This document shows, in pieces, positions 40,251 to 56,045 of a stretch of DNA of 64,000 nt. The position numbers and the translations under genes were made by a program. Source of the DNA: the human T2T-CHM13v2.0 reference genome, Homo sapiens. The stretch lies in NCBI RefSeq assembly GCF_009914755.1, contig NC_060939.1. One strand, 5' to 3'. Below the pieces are notes generated by a model that saw nothing but the letters and a program-made list of their open reading frames with translations, was not told the origin of the DNA and ran no database searches. Within the stretch, counting starts at the first letter, position 1; each line of letters opens with the position of its first letter.

Positions 40251-41656
40251 GGGTACACAAGATACGCACATCCTGTGAGGGTGAGGGATGTTATGATAAG
40301 TCCTCTCTTTTACATTGTCTTTAAAAACAAAAGATAAATCATTTGAAAAGGCAGTGCCTTAACTGTTAATAATTACAAAGGCCTTGTAACGTGTCTCACA
40401 CACCAGCCTTGACCCACAAGCATTTCAGGATTCCGTGAGTGAAAACTGCTGCTGTACACCTAATTTAACGTGCTCAACACCCTGCAATTCTGTTATCCAT
40501 CAGCATGGCTCGAATTACACTGCTTTCTATAGTGGCTCCAGAACTTCTGAATAGGCGGGGAAGTGCAGGGATGTGTTTGGAAGCTGCGTGTGCACAGCAG
40601 ACCCGCTGTTGCTACTAACCGTTTGGAAGCTGATGGAGATCGGACCCCAGGGCGCTGCTTCTGGGTGGTCCCTTCTGCTATTTCTGTATGGGCCATGTAG
40701 AAATGGGTCTGTATTTCTAAAACCTGCTTCATATTTTCAAGGCCCATTTGTGTTCTTAATAAGCAATTATTTTGCAATGACATTGTGCCTTTCTAAATAC
40801 CACCGATGAAAATGGACCTACCTTTTTAGCAATGTCTGCCAACAGGAGTTCTTTCTTTGTGCTAAAAATAACCGCAGATGATTTTGACTGTGCCCCTTTC
40901 CGATTCTCCTTTCAAGTTATCTCTTCCCTTCCCGCATGTTGTCATTTCTCTATTTGAAAATCATGACCGTGAAACCTTGAACATTTATGGGTTGCACAAC
41001 AGCTTCCCATGGTATATTTTTAATAATTACTACTCTTATTATTACCAGATGTTGAACTCCCAAATGATAACAGAGTGACAGACTTTAATGGTAAGATTAT
41101 TTGAGCAAGAGAAGTGTGATTATTTTGTTTTTTCAGAGATAGCAGGTGCCTGACCTGGGTTTGTATCCAGTTTTTTCTGTGTTAAGCCGAGAAGTTTTAT
41201 AACGGTTCCTTAATCTCACTGATCTTCTGTGTCTTCATTGGGAAGTGAGGCTAGGCTGGGTGTGGTGGCTCACGTCTATAATAGCAGCACTGTGGGAAGT
41301 AGAGGTGGGTGGATTGACTGAGCTCCGGAGTTCGAGACTAGCCTAGGCAACATGGAGAAACCCCATCTCTACAAAAAATACAAAATTAGCTGGGTTTGGT
41401 GGCGTGCACCTGTAGTCCCAGCTACTCAGGAGGCTGAGGTGGGAGAATCACTTGAGCCCGGGAAGCCGAGGCTACACTGAGCCATGATCGTACCACTGCA
41501 CTCCAGCCTGGGTGGCAGAGCCAGACCCTGTCTCAAAAACAAAAAAACAAAAAAACAACAAACAAAAAAAAAGAAAAAACAAAAAAGAGAAAAAAAAGAG
41601 TGAGGCTAATACCTTCTTTATAGAGTTTTTTTGTTGTTTATTTTTTTTAGACCTAG

Positions 41657-41761
<105 letters not shown>

Positions 41762-41964
41762 TAGGAGTACAGGTGTGCACCACCACGCCCAGTTAATTTT
41801 TGTATTTTTGGTAGAGACAGGGTTTCGCCACATTGGCCAGGCTGGTCTCGAACTCCTGGCCTCAAGCAATCTGCCCGCCTTGGCCTCCCAAAATGTTGGG
41901 ATTACAGGCGAGAGCCACTGTGCCTGGCCTCTCACAGGGTTTAGGTGAGAAATGTGTGGGATTG

Positions 41965-42630
<666 letters not shown>

Positions 42631-42961
42631 TCAGTAGTTACCAGCCTGGGCAACACAGTGAGGCGAGCACCTGTGGTCCCAGCTACTCAGGAGGCTGAGA
42701 GGGGCGGATCACTTGAATCCAGGAGCTTGAGACCAGCTTGGGCAACAGGGCAAAACCCTGTCTCTACAGAAAATACAAAAATCCTCCGGGTGTAGTGATG
42801 TGCACCTGTGGTTTCAGCTACTTGGGAGCTTAAGAGGTGGGAGGACCGCTTGAGCCTGAGAGGCTGAGGCTGCAGTGAGCTGTGATCGCACCACTGCACT
42901 CCATCCAGCCTGGGCAACAGAGCGAGACTGTGTCTCAAAAAAATAAAATTTAATTTAAAAA

Positions 42962-43175
42962 GGAGTCCTTCATAAAGATGGCAACAATAGACATCATGGA
43001 CTACTGTGGGGCATGGAGGGCGGGAAGGAAGGGTTGAACAACTGTTGGGTACTGTGTTCACCACCTGGGTGATTGGATCAGTTGTACCCCAAACCTCAGC
43101 ATCAAGCAATATACCCATGTAACAAAACTGCAATGTACCTACCCCAAATCTAAAATAAAAGTTGAAGAACAAAAA
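42962..43175 (+). mobile_element. L1PA/PB 3' terminal fragment
   Basis: gggtactgtgttcaccacctgggtga...cccaaacctcagcatc...aaaataaaagttg. Confidence 0.75.
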
Positions 43176-44847
43176 GAGTCCTTGCTAATTTAAGGTACTG
43201 ACATAATCCAAGTAATTCACACTTGGGAAAGTAGGGGATTCCTCTGCCCTGCAAAATGTGACAATTACAAGTTGGTGAACTCTACAGTTTGTAGTTTAGA
43301 AGCTGAAACTTACATTAAGGATCCCAACTGGAATGAAGACAGCCATTATAATCGTCTGTGAGAAAAAGATATACTAGCAAATTGAAGGTATCCACAGTTG
43401 TGCATGGGTGGTTTTATTTATTTTCCAAAACTGTTCTTTCAGACATTAGCTGCATCTGTAGGCGTACTGACAAATCAGCTTTTAAATTCCCAGGCTCTTT
43501 ATCTCTGTGTGAAAGCAGCTATTTGACAGTGACTCATACACTTCGTTAATTTTATAGGTGTTTAATATAATCTACATATAGACATGTATGTACTATAAAA
43601 ACGGTGACCTTGAGTTTAAAATATTTTCTAATGTAGTCTGACTTCTGGTTTGTCCCAATTAGTGAGACTTGACTTTATTGATATTTCGCTTGTACTAAAA
43701 TATTCATATTTCAGGCTCTTAGAGGAGACATGTATGATTCATGGGATTAATGGCAAAGGAATCTTCCTACATTATCACATTAGCCTTGCATCTCACTAGC
43801 CTTCATAATGCTGAAGTGAAGCTTCGGATTTATATACAAATATTGAATTATTATTCTGAGCTTAATAAAACATGCATATCTTTCCAATATACCCAGGGAC
43901 AGAAATGGACACCAGAACTTTCTCTGATGCTGAGGCACCTGCAGGTGCCCAAGAGACACTAAGTGAAGTTTCACTGGATGTCTGTCCTTCCCTCTAATGC
44001 CCTTGGCTGGCTTTTCCAGGGCACCTGAAGACTTTATGGTTCAGTAGCTCAGGGCCGAACTTGCTCTCCTCTGCTCCTTGGAGAGATAGGAGGTTGAGAT
44101 TGATACCATCCCTGGTCTCACAGATTGTCCCAGACCTTCCTCTTCCATGAGGCAGCGCAGGAATTTATGTCTCTTGTTCGTGGCTATGTTCTCAGTGCTT
44201 AGAAAAGAGATTTCAGGCTGGGCGAGGTGGCTCACACCTGTAATCCCACCACTTGGGAGGCCAAGGCAGGTGGATCACTTGAGGCCAAGAGTTCAAGACC
44301 AGCCTGGCCAACATGACAAAACCCATCTTTTGTATTTTGTAAAAATACAAAATTTAGCCAGGCGTAATGGCATGCACCTGCAGTCCCAGCTCCTCCGGAG
44401 ACTGGGGCATGGGAATTCCTTGAACCTGGGAGGTGGAGGTTGCAGTGAGCCAATATCACATCACTGCGCTCCAGCCTGGGTGATCAAGTGAGACCCTGTC
44501 TCAAAAAAAAAAAAAAAAAAAGAAAGAAAGAAAGCTTCAGTGTAGAATCCCGTGGTTAAATGTTTGTGTATATTATCCATAAGTACTTTCATAGGATAAT
44601 TTCTAGCAGAAGGTTTGCTGAATCAAAGAGATTAGGGTTTTAAGGCTTTGGCAAATTTTTCCAAACTGCTTTTCAGAATGTTGTATCATTTGACACTCCT
44701 TGTAACAGGCTATGAAAGGGGCAACTTTCCCACACTCTACCAACACTGGGAATTTTCAGGTTTGGGATTTAAAAAAAATCCTTGTCAGTGTGACAGACCA
44801 AAAATGGCAGTTCACGATGCTTTAATTTGCTTTCCTTTGATTATTAT

Positions 44848-45390
44848 GTGGTGAACACACCCCGAAGTGACCCCCAGTGAGTCACATCTTTGGATAATAC
44901 CCCCCCCTTGAATGCCTATGACTTGTTTAGAAACAAGAATAGAATATTCCAAAAGTGAAAAGATTTTTTAGATGTAATAAAAGTTGCTAATGAATTGACT
45001 TGGAGTTAACAAAAAACCATATTATTCTAGGTGGGCCTTACCTAATCAGGTGAGTCCTTTCAAAGGACTCCTTGACATTGGAAACTCAAAGCAGCAGAAA
45101 CTCACTGTGGCCTTAAAGAAGCAAGCTGTCATGAAATGAAGCTGCAAGGAAATGAATTCTGCCACCAGTCTGAAAGAGCTTGGAAGCAGATCCTTCCCTA
45201 GCCAAGCCTCCATCTGAGGATGCAGCCCAGCTAACACGTTGATTTCTGCCCTGTGACACCCTGAGCAGAGAAATTGGTGAAGCCACCCAGCCTTCTGATT
45301 TATAGAACTGTGAGATAATGAATGGGTGTTATTTCAAGCTACTGAGTTTGTGGTAATTGTTATTATGCAGCATAGATAATATAACTAACA
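44848..45390 (+). mobile_element. MLT1(E/F-like) MaLR LTR
   Basis: tgtggt start; agaactgtgagataatgaat...tttgtggtaattgttattatgcagcatagataa end. Confidence 0.75.
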
Positions 45391-45848
45391 AAACTACAGG
45401 TTTTTATGTGTTGATCATATTTTTTCTTCTTGCCCATTTTTCCATTAGTATTAGCATTCATCATTTTCCTATTGATATTTGAGTTCCTAACACATTTAGG
45501 CTTGTAAGGGTATCAACCCCTTTGTCATAAATAATAAACTGCCATTGCATTTTTGTTGTTGTTGTTTTTGAGACAGAGTCTCTGTCACCTAGGCTGGAGT
45601 GCAGTGGTGTGATCTCAGCTCACTGTACTTCTGCCTCCCGGGCTCAAGCTATCCTCCTGCCTCAGCTTCCCAAGTAGGTGGGACTGCAGGTGTGCGCCAC
45701 CATGCCAGGCTATTTTTTGTGGTGGCTAATTTTTGTATTTTTTTAAGAGATGGGGTTTTGCCATGTTGCCCAGGCTGGTCTTGAACCCCCGGACTCAAGT
45801 GATCCACCCCCACCTTGGCCTTGCAAAGTGCTGGGATTACAGGTGTAA

Positions 45849-46019
<171 letters not shown>

Positions 46020-46554
46020 TAAAGGCGTGCACCACAATGCCCAGCTAATTTTTGTATTTTTAGTAGAGACAGGGTTTCACCATGTTGGCCAGGCTGGTCT
46101 CAAACTCCTGAACTCAAATGATCCACCCGTCTCAGCCTCCCAAAGTGCTGGGATTAGAGGCATGAGCCACTGCACCCGGCCGCAGAGAACCAGTTCTTGA
46201 ACATTTATTAGCACCTACTGGTGGAGTGCATGTACCTGTGCTGACTGGTCTAAACCAATAAGAGAATCCCAAATTCTTTGCCAGTGATGGTTCAGAAATG
46301 GCACATCTAAGCCAATTTGGGCTAATGGAACAGAAAAGAGGTTTCCTGGGGGATTCTGAAAAGAAGCCAGCTTCTCCAAGGGAGCATATGGTCCTGGGTA
46401 TTTTGGCAGCCGTTTCGTGACCACAAGAACCATCCTTAAAATGAGACTGCATCTGTGGACAGTAGAGCAGAAAAACAAAAAGGACCCGTTGATAACACTG
46501 GGTCACTGAGTCATTCATCTCTGGGGCTGCCCTACCTCTGTGCTTGTTGTTTGA

Positions 46555-46767
<213 letters not shown>

Positions 46768-49700
46768 TAAAGGTAGGGTTTTGCATGTTGGCCAGGCTGG
46801 TCTCACACTCCTGGCCTTAAGTGATCCACCTGCCTTGGCCTCCCAAAGTTCTGGGATTACAAGTGTGAGTCACTACTCCAGCCTAATGCCACTTTTAGCA
46901 GCGCTATCTTTTAGCCAAAAACATTCTGCTGATAATGAGAAGACTGAATGAGGTAAATGCAGTCCCAGCCAGCACCCAGCACATAGCGGTTGCTTAGTAA
47001 ATGACAGCACCTTCCCTTACCCTCCACTCCAACCCAGGGTCCTCCCTGTGTCCACAGCATGCCTGCATTCCTGCCTTTGCTCCCAGCACTCTCCCTCCTC
47101 CTACACAGGCCACATTTGAAGACTTCTCACCTTTTAAGACCCAACTCCAACTCCATATCCTTCAGGAAGCTTGTCTAGTTCATGCGGAATTCTCCTCCCC
47201 ACCTACTGCCTTCTGTGGTTGCCTGTGCTTTCCTGAATCTGGGTCTTATCTTCCCAACCAGAGTGAAACCCCTTGAGGGCCAGGACCATTCTTCATACAG
47301 CAGTTGGCCTCCTCTCCTGGGCCTCGCTCAACCTCTTGACTCTTGTAATGTTTGGTCAGTATTTGGTGATGGACCGACAGGCCATTAATCTTTTCTCCCT
47401 CTTGATTTTTATAAGCTGTGGGCACCGGCATTCAGCTGAATAAGATTCATTCCTCCAACAGCAAGAGGAGCATTATTACTTTGTTCTGAAGGTCTTTACA
47501 AGTATAAGGCATGTCTAAAGCTGCTATAAATAATTTATATTGTCCATAACTCAAGCTGATCAAAATAGACCTCATCACAGTGATGCGGCAAAATCTGGTA
47601 CAAGCTGCTTTTCTCCTGCCTCCAAACCAATTACACATTCGGAGCAGATGAAAATCTGACTGGATTCCCTCCTGAATCGGATTAATGCCCCATCTACAAT
47701 CACATAAATCACAATCTGTCCATGATTAGACATCGGATAATCCCACTGGACAAGAGGTGACAACCCAGATTCTATTATCTCATTTATTATCTATTTTTGG
47801 AATTTACCGGTAACTCTAACCTCCAGGAGATGTTTCCCAGTGAAAGAGGATCTGCTGGAGATTCTTTTGAGAAATGGTTTCTTGATGGACTTTTGTTAGA
47901 GTTGTTGCAAGGTGATGAATAGACAAACTAGAACAAGAATGATTGGTCCTTGTTATAAGAAAAAAAACACACATTTAGCTTCTTAAGAGTACATGTTGGA
48001 GAGAATAAATGGCATCCTTAAAAGCCTTTAAAAGGACAATAACTTTATGAAGAGATAATCTCATGTTTGAGAACATATGATAAGGCGTTTTTCATTTGTT
48101 TTAATATCATAAAGACAAGCATCTCTGACTGATAAAGGGGATGTAACCAGCCCACAAAGTCTGCAAAACCTAAATCCACACACATCTGTGCAGGACAGAG
48201 GAGCTTATTACAATATTCAGTTTTCCTGCTGGGAAAATTTGAATCTGGAAGTACTACTAAAGAGACATGCAAGGAGCACATGAGTCATGACAGTTCTGAC
48301 GCCACGCTCATGGTTACTGACTCGCAGGTGCTGGAGCATTGGAGCACAGCGAAAAACCTGAAGTCACTCCCACTCTGGGATGGTACAATTCACAAAGCAG
48401 CATTGTTCCCTGGAATCTTGCTAACTGGATGTCAACCCAGATGTATTTTTCAATATATTTAACAATATCTGTAAGTCACAAGTAAGGGGTATTCTTTTCC
48501 ACCATCCTCAGGATTACAAATAGAAATTCTTCCTTCACCCCATGTCAATGGTTGAGATTAATTTATCGCCCATTCACACCCTTCCCCCAAACCAGCCTTG
48601 CCCCTGTCCCGCCCATTTCTGGGGAAGAGAGGGGAGCCACTCGTCAAGTCAACATGCGCACCATCCTCCTCGGTCCCATCTCCTCCCGGCCCTCCTGACA
48701 CATGTCCTTGTTGTTGCTTGTCTTGCTTGTCACATCTAAGTGTTCCTCTTTCCCCGGCATAGCTGTGTTCATCCATTTCCCCACCTAAATCTCTTCAGCC
48801 AGGCAATGGGAGGTTTCCCCTTTTCCAAGAGAATCACCTCCAAGCTCCTCAGCGTGGCACTTGAGCTTCCCATGCTCACCCAAATATCCCTTTCTGTCTT
48901 TCGTGCCTGCTGCTTCCTCCCTGACCGTCCGGCCATGTGGGCCTGCCTGGGGTGGCTATGGGTTCTCCCGGTCTCCATGACTCTGCTTGTGCCACTGCCC
49001 ATAGTCACCTCTGGCTCCAGCCTCTCCTAGCTGCCCACGTTTTCCCCCAAAAGCACTTGATTCACACACTGCCTCCTTCTGTCTGCCAGACCGTTCCCTC
49101 TTCCTAGGAGACCTTCCTGCTCCTTTTGTGTCTGGAAGAATCCAGCTTATCCTCCAAGGCTTGGAAGAGACACCACAGGCTCCTCACCCTGCTCTGTGCA
49201 CCACCCCCGCTTTGTGTCCTATGGTAGCTCCAGGTCATTCATGGCTCTACTGCAGCCTCTTCACAGTGCCGACCTGCACCTCCCTGCCTCATCTTTCCCA
49301 TCTCTACTACTGCCTGTCTCAGTGAAGGGCACTCGTCCATCCAGGGCCTCTGCTGCAAACCTGTCCCATTTGGCAAGAGGCTGGCCTCTCTGCAAAAAAG
49401 GCGCCCAGTCCTGCTTCAGGGAATCCATTCCCTTTAGAGCTCCGTCGGTCCCTCCTTCCTTCCCTTTCTTTGTCATTTTGCTCAGGACCTGGATCTCGGC
49501 AAGAGGAGAAGTACTTCTAGAAGAAAGCAGAACACTAGAAGGTAAGCGCCATGGCTGGGAATATGCCAGTGCCTTTGGCCAAACTGCTCAGAACCACTCC
49601 CAGGCCATGCTAGCCAGCCTGGGTTCCCCCTTCTGGAAAGATGAGGAAAATGCAGCTTTCCCCCAAAGCCACTGGGCACAGCTCCTTCCCATGGCCTCAT

Positions 49701-49778
49701 CCCTTCCTAAGATCTGGGCCTGGGAGGGTATCCCTGGGCTACCCTCAGAATGTGATTTGGAAAGAAATGACAGCCTTC

Positions 49779-49922
49779 ATATATATATATATATTTATAT
49801 TTATATTTATTTATATTTATATATTTATATTTATATATATTTATATATATATTTATATATATTTATATATATATTTATATATATTTATATATATTTATAT
49901 ATATATTTATATTTATATATTT
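49779..49922. repeat. (TA)n/(TATATT)n AT-only microsatellite at an Alu tail
   Basis: ~144 nt of only A/T directly adjoining Alu 49920-50204. Confidence 0.95.
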
Positions 49923-50441
49923 TGAGACGGAGTCTCTCTCTGTCACCCAGGCTGTAGTGAAATGATGCTATCTTGGCTCACTGCAACCTCCACCTCCTGG
50001 GTTTAAGTGATTCTCCTGCCTGAGCCTCCTGAGTAGCTAGGATTACAGGTGTGCACCACCACGCCTGGCTAATTGTTTATATTTTAGTAGAGATGGGGTT
50101 TCACCATGTTGCCCTGGCTGGTCTTGAATTCCTGAGCTTAGGCAATCCACCCACCTTGGCCTCCCAAAGTGCTGGGATTGCAGGAGGGAGTCACTGCATC
50201 CAGCTCCATATATATATTTTTAAAGGGTTAATTTTTCTCCTCCTCGTGTAATGACCCCATGTGGTCTTTTTATCTCCTCCCCACTGGCTACTCCCCATTG
50301 ATCCCCTCAGGACAAGAGTACTATAGATTATGGGTTGGTTGGTTTTAATACAGAATCATCTTGGCATATGTCCATGATAACCCAGGTAACAAACAAAACT
50401 ATTCCCATCTGGACACACTCAAGTACCACAGGTTCATAACC

Positions 50442-50512
50442 AGTCTCATGGACAGCTGTGGGGTGTGGGTCTGAGTCTCACGGACAGCTGTGGGGTGTGG
50501 GATTGAGTCTCA
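50442..50512. repeat. 32-bp tandem repeat x2.2
   Basis: agtctca(t/c)ggacagctgtggggtgtggg(tc/at)tg. Confidence 0.9.
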
Positions 50513-50716
50513 GTCGCAGTCCCATCTCTTTACTAGTTGTGTTAACTTGTGAAGGATATTAGTTTATTTATTTCTCAGTGGCTGAAAGATGGTATTAGGA
50601 CCTGTCTCAGAGGCAGGGCCAACTTCACAGAAACCCTGTGCATGGAGGGGTAAGACACACTTGATTTGATGCTCTGCCATTGCTGTCTTGAATTTTTATT
50701 TTTATTTTTTTTTTGA

Positions 50717-51010
<294 letters not shown>

Positions 51011-51087
51011 TGAAAATTTTGATGATTATATTTCAAGATTTTTTTCTGTGCATGTACATGCACATACACATACATAAATACTCAAAC

Positions 51088-51540
<453 letters not shown>

Positions 51541-53609
51541 TGAAATTCTTAATAATTTTTTAAACAAAGGGTCGTGCATTTTTATTTTGCAATGGGATCT
51601 GCAAATTATGTGGCCATTCCTGCTCAGGAGATTGGTGGGCACTTTAATGAGACCTCATACGGCTGCTTAGCCCAGAGCCCCAGCTACAGCACGTGCTCAG
51701 TAACTTAGGGAAGAGAGAAGGGGACTCAGGAAGGAGTGAGAGGGGCCCAGCAGTGCCTGTGGGTACCTGTTTGCTCAAAGGGAATCTGGGGTTGGGGAGG
51801 CAGGCAAAGCTGGGGAGAGAGCATGGGTCTTGGATGTCAGGAAGCCTGAAGCCTGACCTTGACTTGCCAAGTTTCTTCCTGCCCCCAGGCCTTAGTTTCT
51901 TCTTTGAAACATGGTGCTCCATCCCTATCTCAAAAGCAAGTTCTCAGATGCCTGTGGTGGGTGAAGATGTGGATGCTGAGGCTGTCTCTGGCCTGCTGTA
52001 TTCAACATCTCCAACTACCTTTGGAGAAGAGTAAAAGCCTTTGGGAGTGGGGCAGAAGGAGAATGGAGGGGGATGGAGCCTGGAGCAAGAGGAGAAGCCT
52101 GGTCCAGTGACTTAAGCTGGGCAGCAAGGTCTCAGCCCTGGACAGCAGAAGATCATCCAGAGGGAGTCCAGCAGGAAGAGGTCTGGCCTGGGTCAGGGGA
52201 CCTGGCTTCCGGCTCCATCTCCATCACATGCTGGGTAACAGGTCACCAGGCCTCAGTTTCCTTCCTGATATTCACAGTAGGACTGATGCTCCCACACTAG
52301 CAACAGCTTCCTCTGTGTTGGCTGGACATTGTGCATGGGGCTGTGCCTTTGTAAGTGATGTGGTAGAGGAGGTTTTGGGGAGAAAATAATCAGGGAGACT
52401 TCTCTGTGCTTCTGAACTCTCCCCAGTACAGGCTAGTTTTATGGGATAAAGCATAGCTATGGAGCTCAAGCTGCCATTCCTGATAAGGAGAAAGTGCTCT
52501 AAGACCCAGGATAGGAGGCACCCAGGTCTCCTGCATGCCAGCCTGGGATGTGGAGAGTGTGTGGCCCCTCCATACCTGAGAAGGGAGCAGCCAGGAGGCA
52601 GAGAACCAGGGTAGGGCCACATCAATGGTGCCTGTGGCCGTGCCCAGCAGGTGCAGGTGTTTTCTTCTCCCATGTCAGTGCTGGTCTCTCAGGGGTGGCT
52701 GTGACCAGAAGTCACACATGGAGTGATTTTGAAATGGATCCCTGGTTTTACAGCTCCAGAGATGTGAAATGGGTGAATGATGGAGCTACACTCATGTGGC
52801 TCTTCAATGGCACAGTGAAAAAAGCAAGCAAGATGGAGCCAGATAGACCTGGGTTCAATGCCAGCAATGATTTAACCTGTGACCTGAGGCAGTAACTTCC
52901 CCTCTCTGAGCCTCAGTTTCCTCGAGGATTGGAGGGGCCCAATACTACTCACCACATGGCATTACTTTTAAGACCTAATAGGCTAACAACAAGGACTTTG
53001 CACATGGTGGCCCTGAACAAATATTTGTTTTGACCTGGCTTCCTAGCATCCCAGGAGGGGTGACCCTCTCCAATCCCCACCTCCCTAGTGAAGTTTCAAA
53101 GGACAGGTTTTTCTGGACGGGAAGGAAGAGTTTCTCTGGGCAGGAGACGGTTAAAAGCTGGGACTACGATTCCAGCCTGGGGCTGCCCCCTCCTGGCCAG
53201 CTGTCTGAACCCCTGAATTATAGATGTGCTTGCTCCTGGCCTGGCGAGCAAGAGCTAGTAGGTGCTGGGAGCCAGGCCTAGTCCAGGGTCACCTAAGGGT
53301 AGGGCCATTGGGCCAGACGCACCTCCTCACTCCACATGCAGACACACACACCGAGTCCCCTCCCAGTTCTGACTGTGCACCCACATTCACAGATATAACC
53401 TGTACACAAAGTCTATGCACAGACCACACATCTCCAAACCCCATCTACACAGCAGACACACACACAGCAAGCACACATCGAAATCACAAAGAAATCATCA
53501 GATGACACATACTGAGACATACTTAGACCTCCCCTCCCCATCCAGACACACGCAGGCAGGGTGGGCAGAGGCTCCCAACATAAAGATACAGCCACAGTCA
53601 TAACTGTCA

Positions 53610-53790
53610 TAATTAACACATATGGAGCACTTACTCTGTGCTAGGTATTGCTCTAAGCCCTTTCCAGAGAACAGTTTATTTAATTATTATGTAATAGAGA
53701 TAGCTACAATTATTATACCCCCATTTTACAGATGAGGAAACTGAGGGAAGGAGAATTAAAATAAGATGCCTGAGGTCACACAGGTGTCCT
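53610..53790 (-). mobile_element. MIR
   Basis: cccattttacagatgaggaaactgagg core. Confidence 0.8.
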
Positions 53791-53993
53791 GGCACAGCCT
53801 CAGGCACAGATACCCACCCCCTCGCTCTTGTCCCCCATTTACATAAACACATTCATTCAAACGCAGCATCCCCCAACCCCTGACCTGCCCGCACACACTC
53901 AGGGTGAGAGCTCTTTGGGGGACTGTTGACTAAAGACGCAAGAAATGGCCTATTGGCCAACGGGTGGTAAACTGTAACAAGAGCCGGTCCGGT

Positions 53994-54302
<309 letters not shown>

Positions 54303-55108
54303 GCCGGACCGGTGAGAAGACTAGACCTCCTAAAGGTGGAGGCGGAGCTCAAAAGCCGGACGCTACTGGACGAGGCTTAAAGCGCTCGCCCCAGCGCGGG
54401 GCCGGTGAGGAACGTTCACCGTGGACCATGGTCGAATAATGTTAGCGTGCACTCGGGGCCTCGCCCTAGCCTTCTGCAAAGCCTCGGCCTGCGCCCTCGG
54501 CTGCATCCGTTTCGACGCCAACCAACCTCATGCTCTTAGTAGAACGGCAGTAGCGACCGCGCCCTCAGGCCCACAAGCCCGAAGGTCTGGGCAGGGTCTG
54601 GAATGGCGGTGGAGACACTTTATCCGCAGGCGTTTCACCTCGCGCCCCACCCAGGCGCACACCAAGTTCTTGGTACTCCTTTTAATGGGAAAACAAGAAC
54701 AGACACCATGGTTGGATAAATGTTATTTATAATTCATGGGCCGGTCTTTGAACCCTTTCAAACAAAACCCACAGCGATTTCTTTGAAAGAATGCCTGGAC
54801 TGTGCTCAGAGCTCTCAGATTTTCTCAGGACCAACGAGCCGCCGCCTCGCAGATACCACTGTAAATTACCCAGCGCCTTACGTTCGTTTCTGATTATTTG
54901 CATTGCAGTGGGTTTGTTAATGAAGGACAAGAGTTTAGAAAAATCTTTTATTTTGGAAGTTGGACACGCAATCGACCCCAGCAGTGTTCCTAAAAGGAGC
55001 TATGCCATTTGGATGGGGGAAAAATGAGGGGGCGGGGAAGTCCATGTTACATTTAAAACAACAACAGCAACAAATTAAAAGCAAAACAAAACAACAAAAA
55101 AAAGGAAG

Positions 55109-55176
55109 TGGAGCAGGAGGAGGAGGTGGTGGTGGAGGAGAGGGAGGAGGGGCAGCAGCAGCGGCAGCAGCAGCAA
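55109..55176. repeat. Compound GGA/GGT/GCA triplet tract
   Basis: ggagcaggaggaggaggtggtggtggagga...gcagcagcagcggcagcagcagca. Confidence 0.85.
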
Positions 55177-55689
55177 GGATGGAGTCAGGACCCGTCCCAG
55201 TCCCGGGTGAGCGCTTTTGGATCTGGGTTCTGGCTCAACCCACGTAATGCCCCAATCTGAAGTTTTCTACGTGTGTGTGGATAGGAAAGTCTAAATAGAG
55301 TTTATCAGAACCCAGGTGGTCATTCTCTACACTCTCTCTAGCTTGGACCCGAAGAACAAAGGCACATGAGAGGAGAAAGGTGACCAGCTGGACGATGACG
55401 GTCACGTCCAAACGGATCCCCCTTGTCCTCGGCTCTCTCGTCCTGAGAGTGGGTTTAATTTTTTTTTTTTTTAATTTATATAAGAAGGGAGCTCTTAAAG
55501 GAGAGCCATCTCCACCCTCAGGTATCCATCACCCAGCTCCAGCGCGCCTGGGAAAACCGCCCCGAAAGTCCAAGAGGAAGCTCAGAGTTGTAACGGCCGC
55601 GGAGCCAGCTCGGCGGTGACGCAAGGTCCAGTCCAGATTGCCAGGCCCGGGGCATGAGAGAGGATCCTTGTAGGTTTCGGAGGTGGGGG

Positions 55690-55960
55690 GGGCTGCACTC
55701 CATTGTTCACTCCGGGCCAATCAGGGTTGGCCCACTTCCTCCCAGCCAATCTCCCTTCACCCCCAGCCTCCAACCCAACCCACCCCGCCCATCAGCCCCT
55801 GGATCCCCATCACCTCCCCCGCATCCCCGGCAGTTCTGGGGAAGCTTCGTGACGCCACAGGTCCCGCCCCCAGCTCCGGCCCGGGGCTAGTGCGTGTTGA
55901 CGTCATGCTGCGTGCGGGCCGGTGCGGAATCGCTCCTTCAACTCCGCGGGGCAGTAGGAG
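55690..55960 (+). promoter_or_regulatory. ISL2: ISL2 proximal promoter (CpG island)
   Basis: CCAAT at 55717 and 55746; GC boxes at ~55783 and ~55863; perfect CRE TGACGTCA at 55898-55905; SOX-type CATTGT at 55701. Confidence 0.75.
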
Positions 55961-56045
55961 TTAGTTAGCAAAGAGCCGAGGCCGGGCGCGCGACCCTCGT
56001 CCTTCTGCCCCTGGCCGCACACTTTGCGCACATCTCTTTTTCTGC

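Noticed and set aside
49196-49957. 253-aa ORF with an IYIYIY tail resembling a transmembrane segment
   Set aside because: The tail is a TA microsatellite plus Alu sequence; no coding evidence.
54960-55247. ORF with polyQ/polyG/polyA runs resembling a transcription-factor N-terminus
   Set aside because: Produced by simple triplet repeats; it terminates with no splice link to ISL2 exon 1.
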